Shown here piece after piece: positions 8,391 to 18,174 of a stretch of DNA of 57,037 bases (position 1 is its first letter; every line of letters begins with the position of its first letter). Under the pieces are notes generated by a model. It searched no databases, was not told the DNA's origin, and was given only the letters and a program-made list of their open reading frames with translations. Position numbers and translations under genes: made by a program. Location: the NCBI GenBank assembly GCA_022763365.1, contig JALEGN010000019.1:1-57037 (forward strand). The letters run 5' to 3'. Source of the stretch: Minisyncoccota bacterium. GTDB taxonomy: Bacteria; Patescibacteriota; Minisyncoccia; Phycocordibacterales; UBA1006.

Positions 8391-9326
8391 TTATTCAAAG
8401 ACACTCTCATCTTCGATAATTTCAAAATAGGTATTAATTTTAATGATAGCTTCGGCTGTTTCATTCATAATCGTTTCAAGCTGCACAATGGTTGCTAAGG
8501 CCACAAGTTCATCTGATTCTTCCTGTAAAAGATTATTGGTTGAACCAGCAATCTGACTAATATTATTTACCAATTCTGTATGACGTCCAGCAATAATAAA
8601 GGGCACATCAAGTGTCGTTAGGGCTCCAAGGTAATCATTATATTTTTTTGCAATACTCCGAAGACGTCCTTGGTATTCTACACTTTCTTGGGTCGCTTGA
8701 ACCAATACTTCGATATCACTGGTTGCAACAGGATACTGCCTAAATAAAGCAGTCATTTCATCACGATAGGTATAGCTATTTTCTTGCGTATTTTCTACAA
8801 GATTAAATTGATCTCGCGTATAAATTTTTTCACCCAAGGTCAGTTCATTAATATAGGTAGTAATATTTTCTGTAATCTGTGCTTCGGTTTCTGGTGTTAT
8901 TTCTTCACCAGATTGTTGAAGAGCAATTAATGCAGAGAGAGCTCCTCGCCCAAGTTTTTGTGTTTCGGTAAGATTAGACTCAACAAAATCATCGCCAAGC
9001 TCTGCGCGTCTGGCTTCTGCACGCTTAGCTTTAATATATCGACCATCTGAAACGCCATCCCCATCACTGTCAGGATTATTAGGATCAAGTTCAGGCCAAA
9101 GTGCTTCCTCCCAATCGTATGCACCATCGTTATCTGAATCCAGATAGAGGTCGCTGCGAGTATCTTCTGTTTCATTGACGAAGGCAACATCAATAAATGC
9201 TTGTTCTTCGTTTGGTGCATAATATTTTTGCACCAAAAAGTATCCGAGGTAGACCAGCGCTAGTCCGGCAAAAATAAGAATTCCAATTCTCACCTTAGGG
9301 CTTGGTAAATATTTTTTAATATTCAT
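8391..9326 (-). CDS. Membrane-anchored hypothetical protein with Asp-rich (thrombospondin type-3-like, Ca-binding) repeats
   Basis: 311 aa with an N-terminal TM helix (VRIGILIFAGLALVYLGYFLV), then DSDNDGAYDWEE...DPNNPDSDGDGVSDG. Confidence 0.7.
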   Translation of the reverse strand: MNIKKYLPSPKVRIGILIFAGLALVYLGYFLVQKYYAPNEEQAFIDVAFVNETEDTRSDLYLDSDNDGAYDWEEALWPELDPNNPDSDGDGVSDGRYIKAKRAEARRAELGDDFVESNLTETQKLGRGALSALIALQQSGEEITPETEAQITENITTYINELTLGEKIYTRDQFNLVENTQENSYTYRDEMTALFRQYPVATSDIEVLVQATQESVEYQGRLRSIAKKYNDYLGALTTLDVPFIIAGRHTELVNNISQIAGSTNNLLQEESDELVALATIVQLETIMNETAEAIIKINTYFEIIEDESVFE

Positions 9327-9332
9327 AGCATT

Positions 9333-9338
9333 AGTATA
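9333..9338 (-). promoter_or_regulatory. -10 box TATACT, 6 nt from ATG (leaderless-type)
   Basis: GATATACT-AATGCT-ATG on the coding strand of 8391..9326. Confidence 0.5.
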
Positions 9339-9340
9339 TC

Positions 9341-9363
9341 AAAAAAAGCTCCGCACGGGAGCT
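9341..9363 (-). terminator. Intrinsic terminator overlapping stop codon
   Basis: AGCTCC-GCACG-GGAGCT with an A7 tract (T7 on the coding strand), downstream of 9363..9776. Confidence 0.7.
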
Positions 9364-9776
9364 TATGTAATTTCTATATGGGACGCCTCCATCAAAGACG
9401 TTAGTCCAATGACAATACTTATTCCAAACGGTATAAGATACCAAGCGCTTGATATCCAAACAAGTATAAAAAAAGTTGTGGCAAGGGTACCAAAAAACAT
9501 CCAAGTAAAATTAAGTATTGGCCGCTGAATATCATTAATAAGGATAAAACCAATTGCGAACATTAATACCCCAAGGGCTGTCATCCATAATGCAGATATT
9601 CCCGAAAACCAACTTACATTGAAAAATGGTATTTGCAGAAGAACAATAAGTACTCCACAAATCCCAATAATACCTCCAAAAAAGTATTTAAAAATATTTA
9701 CCATTACATGTGGCTCAGTTTCAGTATTAATATCGATACGTTGTTTTTCCGCTTTCATATATTCATATTTTGTCAT
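9363..9776 (-). CDS. Small multi-pass membrane protein
   Basis: 137 aa with about 4 hydrophobic helices. A terminator overlaps its stop codon. Confidence 0.65.
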   Translation of the reverse strand: MTKYEYMKAEKQRIDINTETEPHVMVNIFKYFFGGIIGICGVLIVLLQIPFFNVSWFSGISALWMTALGVLMFAIGFILINDIQRPILNFTWMFFGTLATTFFILVWISSAWYLIPFGISIVIGLTSLMEASHIEIT

Positions 9777-9811
9777 GAGATTTTTTTTAAGGTTATACTT
9801 ATTTTTATTAT

Positions 9812-10609
9812 TTAGTTTTCATTATATTTGTCAACTATTTGAAGCCACTTTTGGAAAGTAATATCTTCGGCTCGTACTTTTTTTTCAAGATCAAGTGAAT
9901 TAAATATCTCTTCCCAATAACTTCTTGGTTTAAGCTTACTCAGATTTTTAATAGCCTGTTTTCTCTTTTGCGCAAAAGCTGCTTTTATCACCTCGAAAAA
10001 TTCTTCTTCATCTTTACTGTTAGGAACATATTGCCTATTAATATCTGAAATTAGAATAATTGCTGAATCAACTTTTGGTGAGGGTGAGAAATATTGCCGA
10101 GCAACTTTTGCGATATATTTAGGATCCCCAAAGATTTTTACGGAGAGTGATAAGATTGATTCCTTACCATCACGAGAAACAATTCGCTCGGCAACTTCTT
10201 TTTGAATCAAAAGACACATAGCCGTCGGCTGATAAACATTACTAAGGAAATTTCTAACAATCAGATTCGTAATATAGTAAGGGATATTCGCAACCACCTT
10301 ATATGGCTTTCCTTTGGTAAATTCTTTAATATCCACCTCAAGTACATCCTGGTGGACAAGAATAAGTTTTTTATTGTCTATATATTCTGTAAACTCTTCT
10401 TTAAGGTATCCCACCATCCGCTGGTCAAGTTCAAAGGCAATCACGGTTGCACCTGTTTCAAGGAGTGGTCTTGTCAAAGCTCCTTTTCCCGGACCGATTT
10501 CAACAACGATGTCACCGCGCGAAATTTCAGGAGCGCTAATCATCGCTGAAATAGCCTTTTTTGATTTAAGAAAATTTTGTCCTAATGATTTTTTGGCCTC
10601 AAGTGACAT
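9812..10609 (-). CDS. rsmA: 16S rRNA (adenine1518/1519-N6)-dimethyltransferase RsmA/KsgA
   Basis: KSLGQNFL motif and SAM-binding VVEIGPGKGALT. 265 aa. Confidence 0.95.
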   Translation of the reverse strand: MSLEAKKSLGQNFLKSKKAISAMISAPEISRGDIVVEIGPGKGALTRPLLETGATVIAFELDQRMVGYLKEEFTEYIDNKKLILVHQDVLEVDIKEFTKGKPYKVVANIPYYITNLIVRNFLSNVYQPTAMCLLIQKEVAERIVSRDGKESILSLSVKIFGDPKYIAKVARQYFSPSPKVDSAIILISDINRQYVPNSKDEEEFFEVIKAAFAQKRKQAIKNLSKLKPRSYWEEIFNSLDLEKKVRAEDITFQKWLQIVDKYNEN

Positions 10610-10617
10610 ATAAATTT

Positions 10618-10623
10618 AGTATA
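10618..10623 (-). promoter_or_regulatory. -10 box TATACT, 8 nt from rsmA ATG
   Basis: TATACT-AAATTTAT-ATG. Confidence 0.45.
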
Positions 10624-10635
10624 TAGAGGAAATGA

Positions 10636-10665
10636 AAAAGGGCGAACCTACAGTTCGCCCTTTTT
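10636..10665 (-). terminator. Intrinsic (bidirectional-looking) terminator
   Basis: AAAAAGGGCGAAC-CTACA-GTTCGCCCTTTTT between pcrA and rsmA. Confidence 0.85.
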
Positions 10666-10686
10666 AAACATTATTCAAAAAATTTT

Positions 10687-12654
10687 TTAAAAGTCGAGAT
10701 AAAATGTTTCTGTTATCTCTCCATCATCATCTTGATTATAATAATTTCGCTCCGAGGTATCAGAACCTTTCATATTACTGTAAGAGTCTTCATCATAATC
10801 AATCAAGGTATCAGAGATGTCACGTAAGAATTCTGATGGTTCGTTAATACGTTGCTGACCATAAATCGTTCGGAGTTTTGCATAGGAAACATGTAATTGG
10901 TCTTTAGCTCGCGTAAACGCCACATAACACAGCCGTCGTTCTTCTTCGTCCTCGTGTTTATTTTTCGCCTCGTCGCGCTCAGATGGAAATAACCCTTGCT
11001 CAAGCCCAACAACAAACACATGTTTAAACTCAAGACCCTTTGATGAATGAATCGTCATCAGCTTTACCGTATTTGAGTCTTTGGTATTTGATCCTAATGA
11101 ATCTTGGTCTGACAGTAGGGCGACTTCTTCAAAAAATCTATCATACGCATCATCTAAATCATCATATTTCTTCGCGTAGGTCACGAGCTCTTTCATGTTT
11201 TCAAGTCGCTCTTTATCATCATCATTTCCTTCACCGAGTTTTTTCTCAAAACCAGTATGTTTAATAATGTACTTAATCGTTTCAGATGGCTCATTAGTTT
11301 GAGCATATTCATAAATAGCATCAAGGAGTCCTATAAATGATTCATATGATAATTTTGCCTTAGCAGAAAGTTTCTCTGCTTGCCCGGCAAAAACATGAGC
11401 AATGGCTACTTTTCCTAAACCTCGTTTTGGCTCATTAATAACGCGCCTAATATCAGAGAGTGATTCTCGATTAAAGGCTGCTTTAAGGTAACTCATCACA
11501 TCCTTAATTTCTTTACGTTGGAAAAATTTCACACCAACGACCTGATAGGGAATCATACGATTTAAAAAGGCTTCTTCTAAAATTCGTGATTGAAAATTTG
11601 TTCGGAATAATACCGCGATGTCTTTAGGCTCTGTTCCTGACCTAATATAGTATTGGGTTTTATTGGCAACCCACGAAGCCTCTTGGTTTGCTGAGAATCC
11701 TTCGTACAGAAGAATTTTTTCTCCTTGATGATTTTCCGTTACTAATTTTTTCTCAATCCGTTCGGTATTTTTTGAAATAATGTCATGAGCAGCTTGAAGA
11801 ATATTTTGCGTTGAACGATAGTTCGTTTCAAGGATAATGACTCGCGCTCCTGGAAAGTCTTTTTCAAAATTCAAAATATTTTTCATATCAGCTCCGCGCC
11901 ACGAATAGATATTTTGATCTCCATCACCAACCGCACAAATATTTTTATGTTTTTCTGCTAATGTTTTTACAATTTTATATTGAATGGTATTGGTATCTTG
12001 GTACTCGTCTACATGGATATAACCCCACAAGTTTTGATAATATTCTCGTACCTCTTGATCATCCCGTAATAGAAAATACGTTTCTGATAAAAGGTCATCA
12101 AAATCGAGTGATCCTTCAGCCCGTTTCAACTCTTCGTATTTTGTCCATACAATAGCTGCGTACTGCGTCAAAGGATTTTTATTCGGTTCATAATTTTCAG
12201 CAGTTTTTTCGTTTGCTTTGGCACGGGAAATAACGCTGGCTATTTTTCGAGGTTCCCACTGTTTTGGATCAATATCATGATGTTTCATCGCTTGCTTGAT
12301 CAGCGATGTTTTGTCTTGAGTATCAAGAATATTGAAATATTTACTAATACCAAGTTTCTGATGCCACTGCCGCAAAATTTGAACACCGAGCGAATGAAAG
12401 GTACTCATTTTTGGAATATGGTCATCTGACCCTAACATATCAATAACTCGCTCACGCATTTCAGTCGCTGCCTTGTTCGTAAAGGTAATAGCTAAAATAC
12501 TCCATGGTTCAACATTATTATGAATCAGATGAAGAATGCGGTGGGTCAGCGTTTTTGTTTTTCCGGTTCCAGCTCCGGCGACGACCAAGAGTGGTCCTTC
12601 GGTATGCATCACCGCCTGTTTTTGCTGTTCATTTAATCCATTAAGATAGTTCAT
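10687..12654 (-). CDS. pcrA: ATP-dependent DNA helicase PcrA/UvrD (SF1)
   Basis: LNEQQKQAV...AGAGTGKTKTLTHRI (Walker A), VDEYQDTN, TIHSSKGLEF and LCYVAFTRAK motifs. 655 aa. Confidence 0.95.
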   Translation of the reverse strand: MNYLNGLNEQQKQAVMHTEGPLLVVAGAGTGKTKTLTHRILHLIHNNVEPWSILAITFTNKAATEMRERVIDMLGSDDHIPKMSTFHSLGVQILRQWHQKLGISKYFNILDTQDKTSLIKQAMKHHDIDPKQWEPRKIASVISRAKANEKTAENYEPNKNPLTQYAAIVWTKYEELKRAEGSLDFDDLLSETYFLLRDDQEVREYYQNLWGYIHVDEYQDTNTIQYKIVKTLAEKHKNICAVGDGDQNIYSWRGADMKNILNFEKDFPGARVIILETNYRSTQNILQAAHDIISKNTERIEKKLVTENHQGEKILLYEGFSANQEASWVANKTQYYIRSGTEPKDIAVLFRTNFQSRILEEAFLNRMIPYQVVGVKFFQRKEIKDVMSYLKAAFNRESLSDIRRVINEPKRGLGKVAIAHVFAGQAEKLSAKAKLSYESFIGLLDAIYEYAQTNEPSETIKYIIKHTGFEKKLGEGNDDDKERLENMKELVTYAKKYDDLDDAYDRFFEEVALLSDQDSLGSNTKDSNTVKLMTIHSSKGLEFKHVFVVGLEQGLFPSERDEAKNKHEDEEERRLCYVAFTRAKDQLHVSYAKLRTIYGQQRINEPSEFLRDISDTLIDYDEDSYSNMKGSDTSERNYYNQDDDGEITETFYLDF

Positions 12655-12660
12655 GATTCG

Positions 12661-12669
12661 AGTATACCA
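12661..12669 (-). promoter_or_regulatory. Extended -10 TGGTATACT, 6 nt from pcrA ATG (leaderless-type)
   Basis: TTGGTATACT-CGAATC-ATG with no SD. Confidence 0.6.
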
Positions 12670-12708
12670 ATGAGCAAAAAACTAGCCAAAATGTATAGCT
12701 GTATTTTT

Positions 12709-12738
12709 AAAAAAGAAAAACCAAGGATTATTCCTCGG
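12709..12738 (-). terminator. Intrinsic terminator containing the stop codon (copy A of duplicated 3' end)
   Basis: Coding strand reads CCGAGGAATAATCCTTGG (one G-U pair) followed by TTTTTCTTTTTT. Confidence 0.65.
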
Positions 12739-13528
12739 TTGTTTCTTCGTTTCGGTACGAAGCTTCATGTGCTTCAACTTTTGCTCGTGCATTCATCCAT
12801 TCGCTATGGGCTTCAAAATACTCATCTGAATCTTTTCCAGATTCTCGAATAGCTGCGTTCATTGCTTGAAATTTCTCTTTGGCGTCATTTTCTAATTCAA
12901 TGAAACCTTCATCATTTTGACCCAAAGATTCTCTGAATTGATGCATTTCTTGTTCTTGTTTTTCTTCAATTGCTGAAACAATACCGTCAGCAAAATTTTC
13001 TGCATTTTCTTGAATATACTCTTCTCGAGTTTGTTCAGGTGCATTAACTTCATTATTTTTCTCAGGAAGAACTCCACGTTTTTCAAGATCGTATGCTTGA
13101 GGTGCGTAGCTATTATTATAGTCAGCACGTGCTCGGTCAAAATTTTCTCGATACATTTTCCTTGATTTTTTATCAAAGAATGTAGGATTTGCTGCCATAG
13201 CTTTTTTAACTACTCGTTGTCTTGTTTCTTCAAAAACTTCTTTCAATTTTTTAGTAGAAAGTCCTTTAAAATAACCTGGTTTCCAATCAAACCTTAAGCG
13301 TTTACGCACTTTGAGGTTTTCAATATCCTTAAATTTTTTCCGACCATAGGTTTCTTGAGATGCAGCATGGCGACCATCCCAAACTTTTTCTTGCGTTTTC
13401 TTTTCAATACGTGGTCTTTTAGCATCTCTATTATTTTGTGCTGTTCGTTGTTTTGTATCACTGAGCGTTACTTTTTTCTCATGTGATTTATTTTTCTTAA
13501 ATGGATTTTCCATACTTTGATTATACAT
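12728..13528 (-). CDS. Highly charged hypothetical protein
   Basis: 266-aa Lys/Glu/Arg-rich ORF. Its last codons plus terminator duplicate those of 13605..13925. Confidence 0.65.
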   Translation of the reverse strand: MYNQSMENPFKKNKSHEKKVTLSDTKQRTAQNNRDAKRPRIEKKTQEKVWDGRHAASQETYGRKKFKDIENLKVRKRLRFDWKPGYFKGLSTKKLKEVFEETRQRVVKKAMAANPTFFDKKSRKMYRENFDRARADYNNSYAPQAYDLEKRGVLPEKNNEVNAPEQTREEYIQENAENFADGIVSAIEEKQEQEMHQFRESLGQNDEGFIELENDAKEKFQAMNAAIRESGKDSDEYFEAHSEWMNARAKVEAHEASYRNEETTEE

Positions 13529-13586
13529 GATATTTAAATTAAATAAAAGTATTTATTTTGAATTTGTCAAAAAATAAATATTTTTG

Positions 13587-13615
13587 AAAAAGAAAAACCA
13601 AGGATTATTCCTCGG
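13587..13615 (-). terminator. Intrinsic terminator containing the stop codon (copy B of duplicated 3' end)
   Basis: Same sequence as 12709-12738. Confidence 0.65.
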
Positions 13616-13925
13616 TTATTTCTTCATCTCCCATTTTATCAAAAAGACTAATTTCCTCTGCAATAAGTTTTTCAAAATCTGGAATATTTGTTTGGATAAA
13701 TTCCATCATCTGTTCTTCGTTGGGTTCTGTTTCAAGAAAATCATTAAATGCATCTTGTACCGATTTTCCAGCCTGATCAAGACCTCGCAATAGCGCTGCC
13801 TCGGTAATCATACCTGTCGTCTCCTCGATAACTTCTTGTTTTTCTTCTTCAGAATAGTCAGAGAAATCAAACATTGATTCAATAATTTGTTCAAGAGTAT
13901 ATTCTGGTTGTTGTTGTGTATCCAT
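13605..13925 (-). CDS. Small acidic helical protein (DUF5663-like pattern, tentative)
   Basis: 106 aa. The pattern SEEEKQEVIEETTGMITEAALLRGL...MMEFIQTNIPDFEKLIAEEISLF recalls small CPR-type acidic proteins. Lies 7 nt downstream of the giant gene. Confidence 0.6.
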   Translation of the reverse strand: MDTQQQPEYTLEQIIESMFDFSDYSEEEKQEVIEETTGMITEAALLRGLDQAGKSVQDAFNDFLETEPNEEQMMEFIQTNIPDFEKLIAEEISLFDKMGDEEITEE

Positions 13926-13932
13926 ATGATTA

Positions 13933-16900
13933 TTAATTATTCATACCGGTGTAACGGCGAATTTCTGTATAAATTTTTCCAATGTATCGAGCTTGATCTT
14001 CTGAAATTGGTGTGAAGACACGTGTTCGATATATATTAGTTCCCTTAATTGGAGCGCTATCAGTAATAGTATGCTCAACATGGTTTGGCATACCCAACAT
14101 CCGCATTGCGGTGTCTAGCTGTTGTTTACCAGCCTCTAATCCTGAAGCAGGATTTTGTGTCCCAATAATATTCTGGAATACATATTGACCATTTTTCAAT
14201 TTGATAATTCCAGCGTTATTCAATCCTAATTCTGGAATCGCAGCCTGAGGCGGCATTCCCTCAAAGGCTTCAAATTTACCTTTTTCAAGTAATCGTTGTT
14301 CGCGACCTGTGAAATCTCCTGTTTGCATCTCTCCATCAAATCGATAATTTGGATCGAAAGAAATTTTAGGACTTCCATTCTCATAATGAGTAACGGTAAA
14401 ATGTCCTGTTGTTTGTTTAAAGGTTTCTTTCAGCTCATTGGTATTAGTTTCTAATGTTTCTGCATTATCTGGATTAAATCCTCCCGTATTTCCAGTATTG
14501 TCTGGATTAAATCCTGTATTAGTGTTTTCTAACATTTCAAGATTTGGGAATCGAGTATTGATATTTTTGAAATCAGTTTGCTCGTAAATATCTTGCCAGC
14601 TATATAGCTTATCAAGATTCGCTCCAGTATCATTAATATTGATGAATGTTTTAGCTCCATCAGCATTTTCTGCCAATCTCCAACCTAGCATTTCAAAATT
14701 CTTTTGATTAAAGGCAACACCATTAGCATTAAATAATTCCATCACCGATCGGTCAGTGTGCATATTGCCGAATTTGGCATCAAACATATTATTCACGACC
14801 ATACGATGTCCAGGATAGGTACGCAGGGTTCGCACCTTTGAGTTTTTCTCAATAACATCAGCATCATCAGGATTAAATCCATCATTATTCGTATCAGGCT
14901 TTATAGTATCTGGGTTAAATCCGTTGTTATTTGAATTTCCACCTTTTTCAATATATTCATATTCTCCGGTTCCCATTCCACGACCCTCGTGACTACCTCC
15001 TTCAAACGGTGATTTTCCATAAAGATGTTTCTCTTGAAAGGTATTTTCTCCAACATAGTTATCACCCTCAACACGTCCACCAATATGTTCACGAACTATT
15101 GGATTACCATGTTTATCTAAGGTTAATTCATAGGCAGCACCTTTGCCCATAAATACACGGACATCAGAACCATCTTCGTTGATATAACCAAAGTCTTTGG
15201 CAATACGTGCAAGGTCATTTGCTGTTGGATTACCCCGAACTCCTAATTTCTGAGCAATTTCAGGATTATTGATTAACTGTCGCTTCAAAGCATGAGTAAT
15301 TCCTTCTCCTTTGTTAATAAAGGCATCTTTTGAAATAAATGATTCCTTTGGTTCTGGAGTTGGTGGTGTTGGATCAACAGGTTCTGGTGTAATATCTGGA
15401 GTTGTGTCAGGTGTAGTATCTGGTATCTCAATATCCTTTGGAAAAAATTCATTAAATACACCTCGAGCAGAAAATGCTCCCACCATACGTCCAGTCGTAT
15501 CCCATACTTTTCGCCAAGTATTTTGTTTTTTAACAATTTTTTCAGCCATACCATCAAGCCGTGCTTGGTAGTCAATCCATGCTGATGAAACTTTTTCAAC
15601 CCTAGGACCTCGTTGCCCTAACCTACTAAATGCAGTTCCTGAAGTCGCATTCTCAGGTGTAGGATTCATTATAATAGAACCTCGCTCGCTCCGTATATCT
15701 GCCATTTGTTGTCTATAGTCTTTGTTATTTTTTCGAAGCCAGAAATTATATAATTTTCGAGCCGTTTCTCCACCAGCATAACCACCAGCTAAACTCGTCA
15801 TAGCTGCTCCAACCCCTAGAATACTTGCTCCTGGTAGTACAAAGGCTGCACCTGTCGCAGCAAGAGTTGTTACTGCAACACGTCTGAGAAGTTTTTTCTT
15901 ATTCTGAGGATTTTCAAACCAGCGTCCAAATTGTTTTCGTGCGATTCCAATACGAGCCCCAGCTTTTTTGAACCAATTTTCATTCCGATTTTTATAACGA
16001 GAAATTTGCCGTTCAGTTTTACCTATACGTCGTTCAAGCGTTCCAATTTTTTCTCGTTGCATCATTGCTTCTTGCTTTAGCACTGATGGATCATTCCAGT
16101 TATTACCTTTTGATTCTTTTAGACGTTGAATATATTCTGGTCCTAATAAGCGAGTTAATTCACCCTTATCTATTTTATGAGTAGCAAATTGATTAAGCGC
16201 TTTTTCTCTCTCCATAGCATTTGCTCTACGCCTTTGGAGAATATCTAGGTGTTTTGATGATCTTCCTGATTCTTCTTGTGATTCTAATTTTCTAGATTCA
16301 TTATATACCTTATATTTTTCTGGGTTTTCTTCATGATCTTTTCGCATTTCTGCATTAATTCGGTCACGTTTTTCTTTTTCAGTTTCAATTTGATCTACCT
16401 TATTTTCGTTGGTAGAATCTTTTTTCTCATAAATATCCTTCTTGATATTATTTAGCCTTTCTGCTGATTTGTCACGGTAAGCTGTAATAGCCATAAGGAG
16501 TTTTCTCTCATCATCATTAAGCGTTCCTTCTTTTTCCTTATCTCGGAGTTCGTTATATTTTTTTCGAGATTCTTTATCTTTTGTATCTAAGACTTCTAAC
16601 TCTTTCCTTTCATATTCTGTAATATCACCATCTCGTTCTTTTTTTCTCAGATTAAAAAGTTTTCCTTGATCGATATGAATATACTTTTCTTCACCTTCAC
16701 CAATAATAATTTTTGTTTCTTGGGCTGCCTGCTCTTTTTCAAAAGATTTCACATATTCATCTCGTTTTTTCGGATCAGATTCTTGCTCTTTTTCTAATGA
16801 TGGGGTTTTTCCAAAATCTTCTTGGGCTTGCGCTCGGTAGTTTCCTGCATGTTCTTGTTCTAACTCTCGTGCAATTTTTTCATCTTCACCAAGATTATTT

Positions 16901-17811
16901 TTACTTTCCTTATCGCTAGAATCCTCTCCATTATGGATTTCATCCATTGTTTCCCAAACATGATCCTCATGGCTATCCTCTGCCAATTGTGACGAAACAG
17001 CATCGAGTCCTGTGTTATTTTTTTCGAGCTGTTCTAAGATATGTGGATCAGGAGCATCAGAAGATTGTTCTTCTGTAATCCGTGCATCGTTCTGCTGTTC
17101 TTGGTTAAGAATCATTTGAGCACCAAAACGCTTTTGTTCAAGTTTTGCTTTTTCGACTAACAGTTCATGTTTCTTAGCATTCTCTTCTGGAATAGAATCA
17201 ATTTTTTTCTGAATCTTTGCAATATTCTTTTCTATTTTTTGAACATTTTTTTCAGCTTTGTGAATCTTTTTCTCAATAATTGATTGGCGAATTTCTTTAC
17301 GTTCAGACTCTGCCTTGAGATAGGCTTTTTCATTATTGTTATCTTCAGCATCGCGCATCATATTTTCCAATTCTAAAATACGATCGTTTGGGTCGACTTT
17401 TTTTGCTTTTTTTGATTCATTATTTTTTTTAGGTTTTTCCATAGTTGTATTGAGGGTTGTTTTTTCTCCTGTAATTTTTTCAAATGAACTTTCTCCTTTT
17501 GAATTTACGCGTATACCAGCATCAATAATATTGGTAGATAATTCATTCAATCTCTCACTGGAAACATTTTTGTAAGGATATTTTTTCTTCATATCCGAAA
17601 AGTCTTTTTTAGAAATAAGAGTGTTTGAGTTTATTTTTCTTTTTTCTAACTCTTTAGAAAGATCTGTTCGTCTCTTGATTTCATTCAGTGGAATCTTTTT
17701 ATTATGTTCTTTCGCTAATTTCATGACACCAAGTATTTTTTGATACTCTTTAATGAGTTCGTCATCTGAAAGATTTGGAAAGAAAGTATTTTTTGGCTGC
17801 TGTTCTTTCAT
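13933..17811 (-). CDS. Giant membrane protein: about 640-aa K/E-rich coiled-coil N-terminal half, central TM hairpin, Pro/Thr linker, C-terminal domain with GFNPD repeats
   Basis: 1292-aa uninterrupted ORF. TM region LLRRVAVTTLAATGAAFVLPGASILGVGAAMTSLAGGYAGG, linker PDTTPDTTPDITPEPVDPTPPTPEP, and GFNPD x4. Confidence 0.85.
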   Translation of the reverse strand: MKEQQPKNTFFPNLSDDELIKEYQKILGVMKLAKEHNKKIPLNEIKRRTDLSKELEKRKINSNTLISKKDFSDMKKKYPYKNVSSERLNELSTNIIDAGIRVNSKGESSFEKITGEKTTLNTTMEKPKKNNESKKAKKVDPNDRILELENMMRDAEDNNNEKAYLKAESERKEIRQSIIEKKIHKAEKNVQKIEKNIAKIQKKIDSIPEENAKKHELLVEKAKLEQKRFGAQMILNQEQQNDARITEEQSSDAPDPHILEQLEKNNTGLDAVSSQLAEDSHEDHVWETMDEIHNGEDSSDKESKNNLGEDEKIARELEQEHAGNYRAQAQEDFGKTPSLEKEQESDPKKRDEYVKSFEKEQAAQETKIIIGEGEEKYIHIDQGKLFNLRKKERDGDITEYERKELEVLDTKDKESRKKYNELRDKEKEGTLNDDERKLLMAITAYRDKSAERLNNIKKDIYEKKDSTNENKVDQIETEKEKRDRINAEMRKDHEENPEKYKVYNESRKLESQEESGRSSKHLDILQRRRANAMEREKALNQFATHKIDKGELTRLLGPEYIQRLKESKGNNWNDPSVLKQEAMMQREKIGTLERRIGKTERQISRYKNRNENWFKKAGARIGIARKQFGRWFENPQNKKKLLRRVAVTTLAATGAAFVLPGASILGVGAAMTSLAGGYAGGETARKLYNFWLRKNNKDYRQQMADIRSERGSIIMNPTPENATSGTAFSRLGQRGPRVEKVSSAWIDYQARLDGMAEKIVKKQNTWRKVWDTTGRMVGAFSARGVFNEFFPKDIEIPDTTPDTTPDITPEPVDPTPPTPEPKESFISKDAFINKGEGITHALKRQLINNPEIAQKLGVRGNPTANDLARIAKDFGYINEDGSDVRVFMGKGAAYELTLDKHGNPIVREHIGGRVEGDNYVGENTFQEKHLYGKSPFEGGSHEGRGMGTGEYEYIEKGGNSNNNGFNPDTIKPDTNNDGFNPDDADVIEKNSKVRTLRTYPGHRMVVNNMFDAKFGNMHTDRSVMELFNANGVAFNQKNFEMLGWRLAENADGAKTFININDTGANLDKLYSWQDIYEQTDFKNINTRFPNLEMLENTNTGFNPDNTGNTGGFNPDNAETLETNTNELKETFKQTTGHFTVTHYENGSPKISFDPNYRFDGEMQTGDFTGREQRLLEKGKFEAFEGMPPQAAIPELGLNNAGIIKLKNGQYVFQNIIGTQNPASGLEAGKQQLDTAMRMLGMPNHVEHTITDSAPIKGTNIYRTRVFTPISEDQARYIGKIYTEIRRYTGMNN

Positions 17812-17815
17812 GAAA

Positions 17816-18094
17816 TTAATATTGTCTAAATTGATTCAAGTCTAATCTTGATAGTTGTTCAAAAGAGTCCTTAGGGATCAGATATATTGAACCTGTCGCC
17901 TCACCCTTAATACCTAATATTTTTATATAAATATGTTCCGCCTTTTTAGGTATATCCAGTACCACATATTCATTATCACCTAACCAGAAGGTGTCAGAGG
18001 GAATGATGGTTTGACCTAAAATTGTGAGCTCTGTCATATAGTCACGTTCTCTTTTTTCTGCTCCTAAATATGAAAATGTTTGGGGCGTATTCAT
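17816..18094 (-). CDS. Small hypothetical protein (start moved to ATG at 18094)
   Basis: The ORF track uses TTG at 18115. TATACT (18102-18107) sits 7 nt upstream of the ATG at 18092-18094, so the 5' extension would contain its own promoter. The stop is 4 nt before the giant gene start. Confidence 0.55.
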   Translation of the reverse strand: MNTPQTFSYLGAEKRERDYMTELTILGQTIIPSDTFWLGDNEYVVLDIPKKAEHIYIKILGIKGEATGSIYLIPKDSFEQLSRLDLNQFRQY

Positions 18095-18101
18095 AGTGTT
18101 A

Positions 18102-18107
18102 AGTATA
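18102..18107 (-). promoter_or_regulatory. -10 box TATACT, 7 nt from ATG at 18094
   Basis: TAGTATACT-TAACACT-ATG. Confidence 0.5.
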
Positions 18108-18174
18108 CTATACAAGGCTTAATAATAATATAATTATACTATATAATTTATATATATGTCAATAGTCAAGGTGC

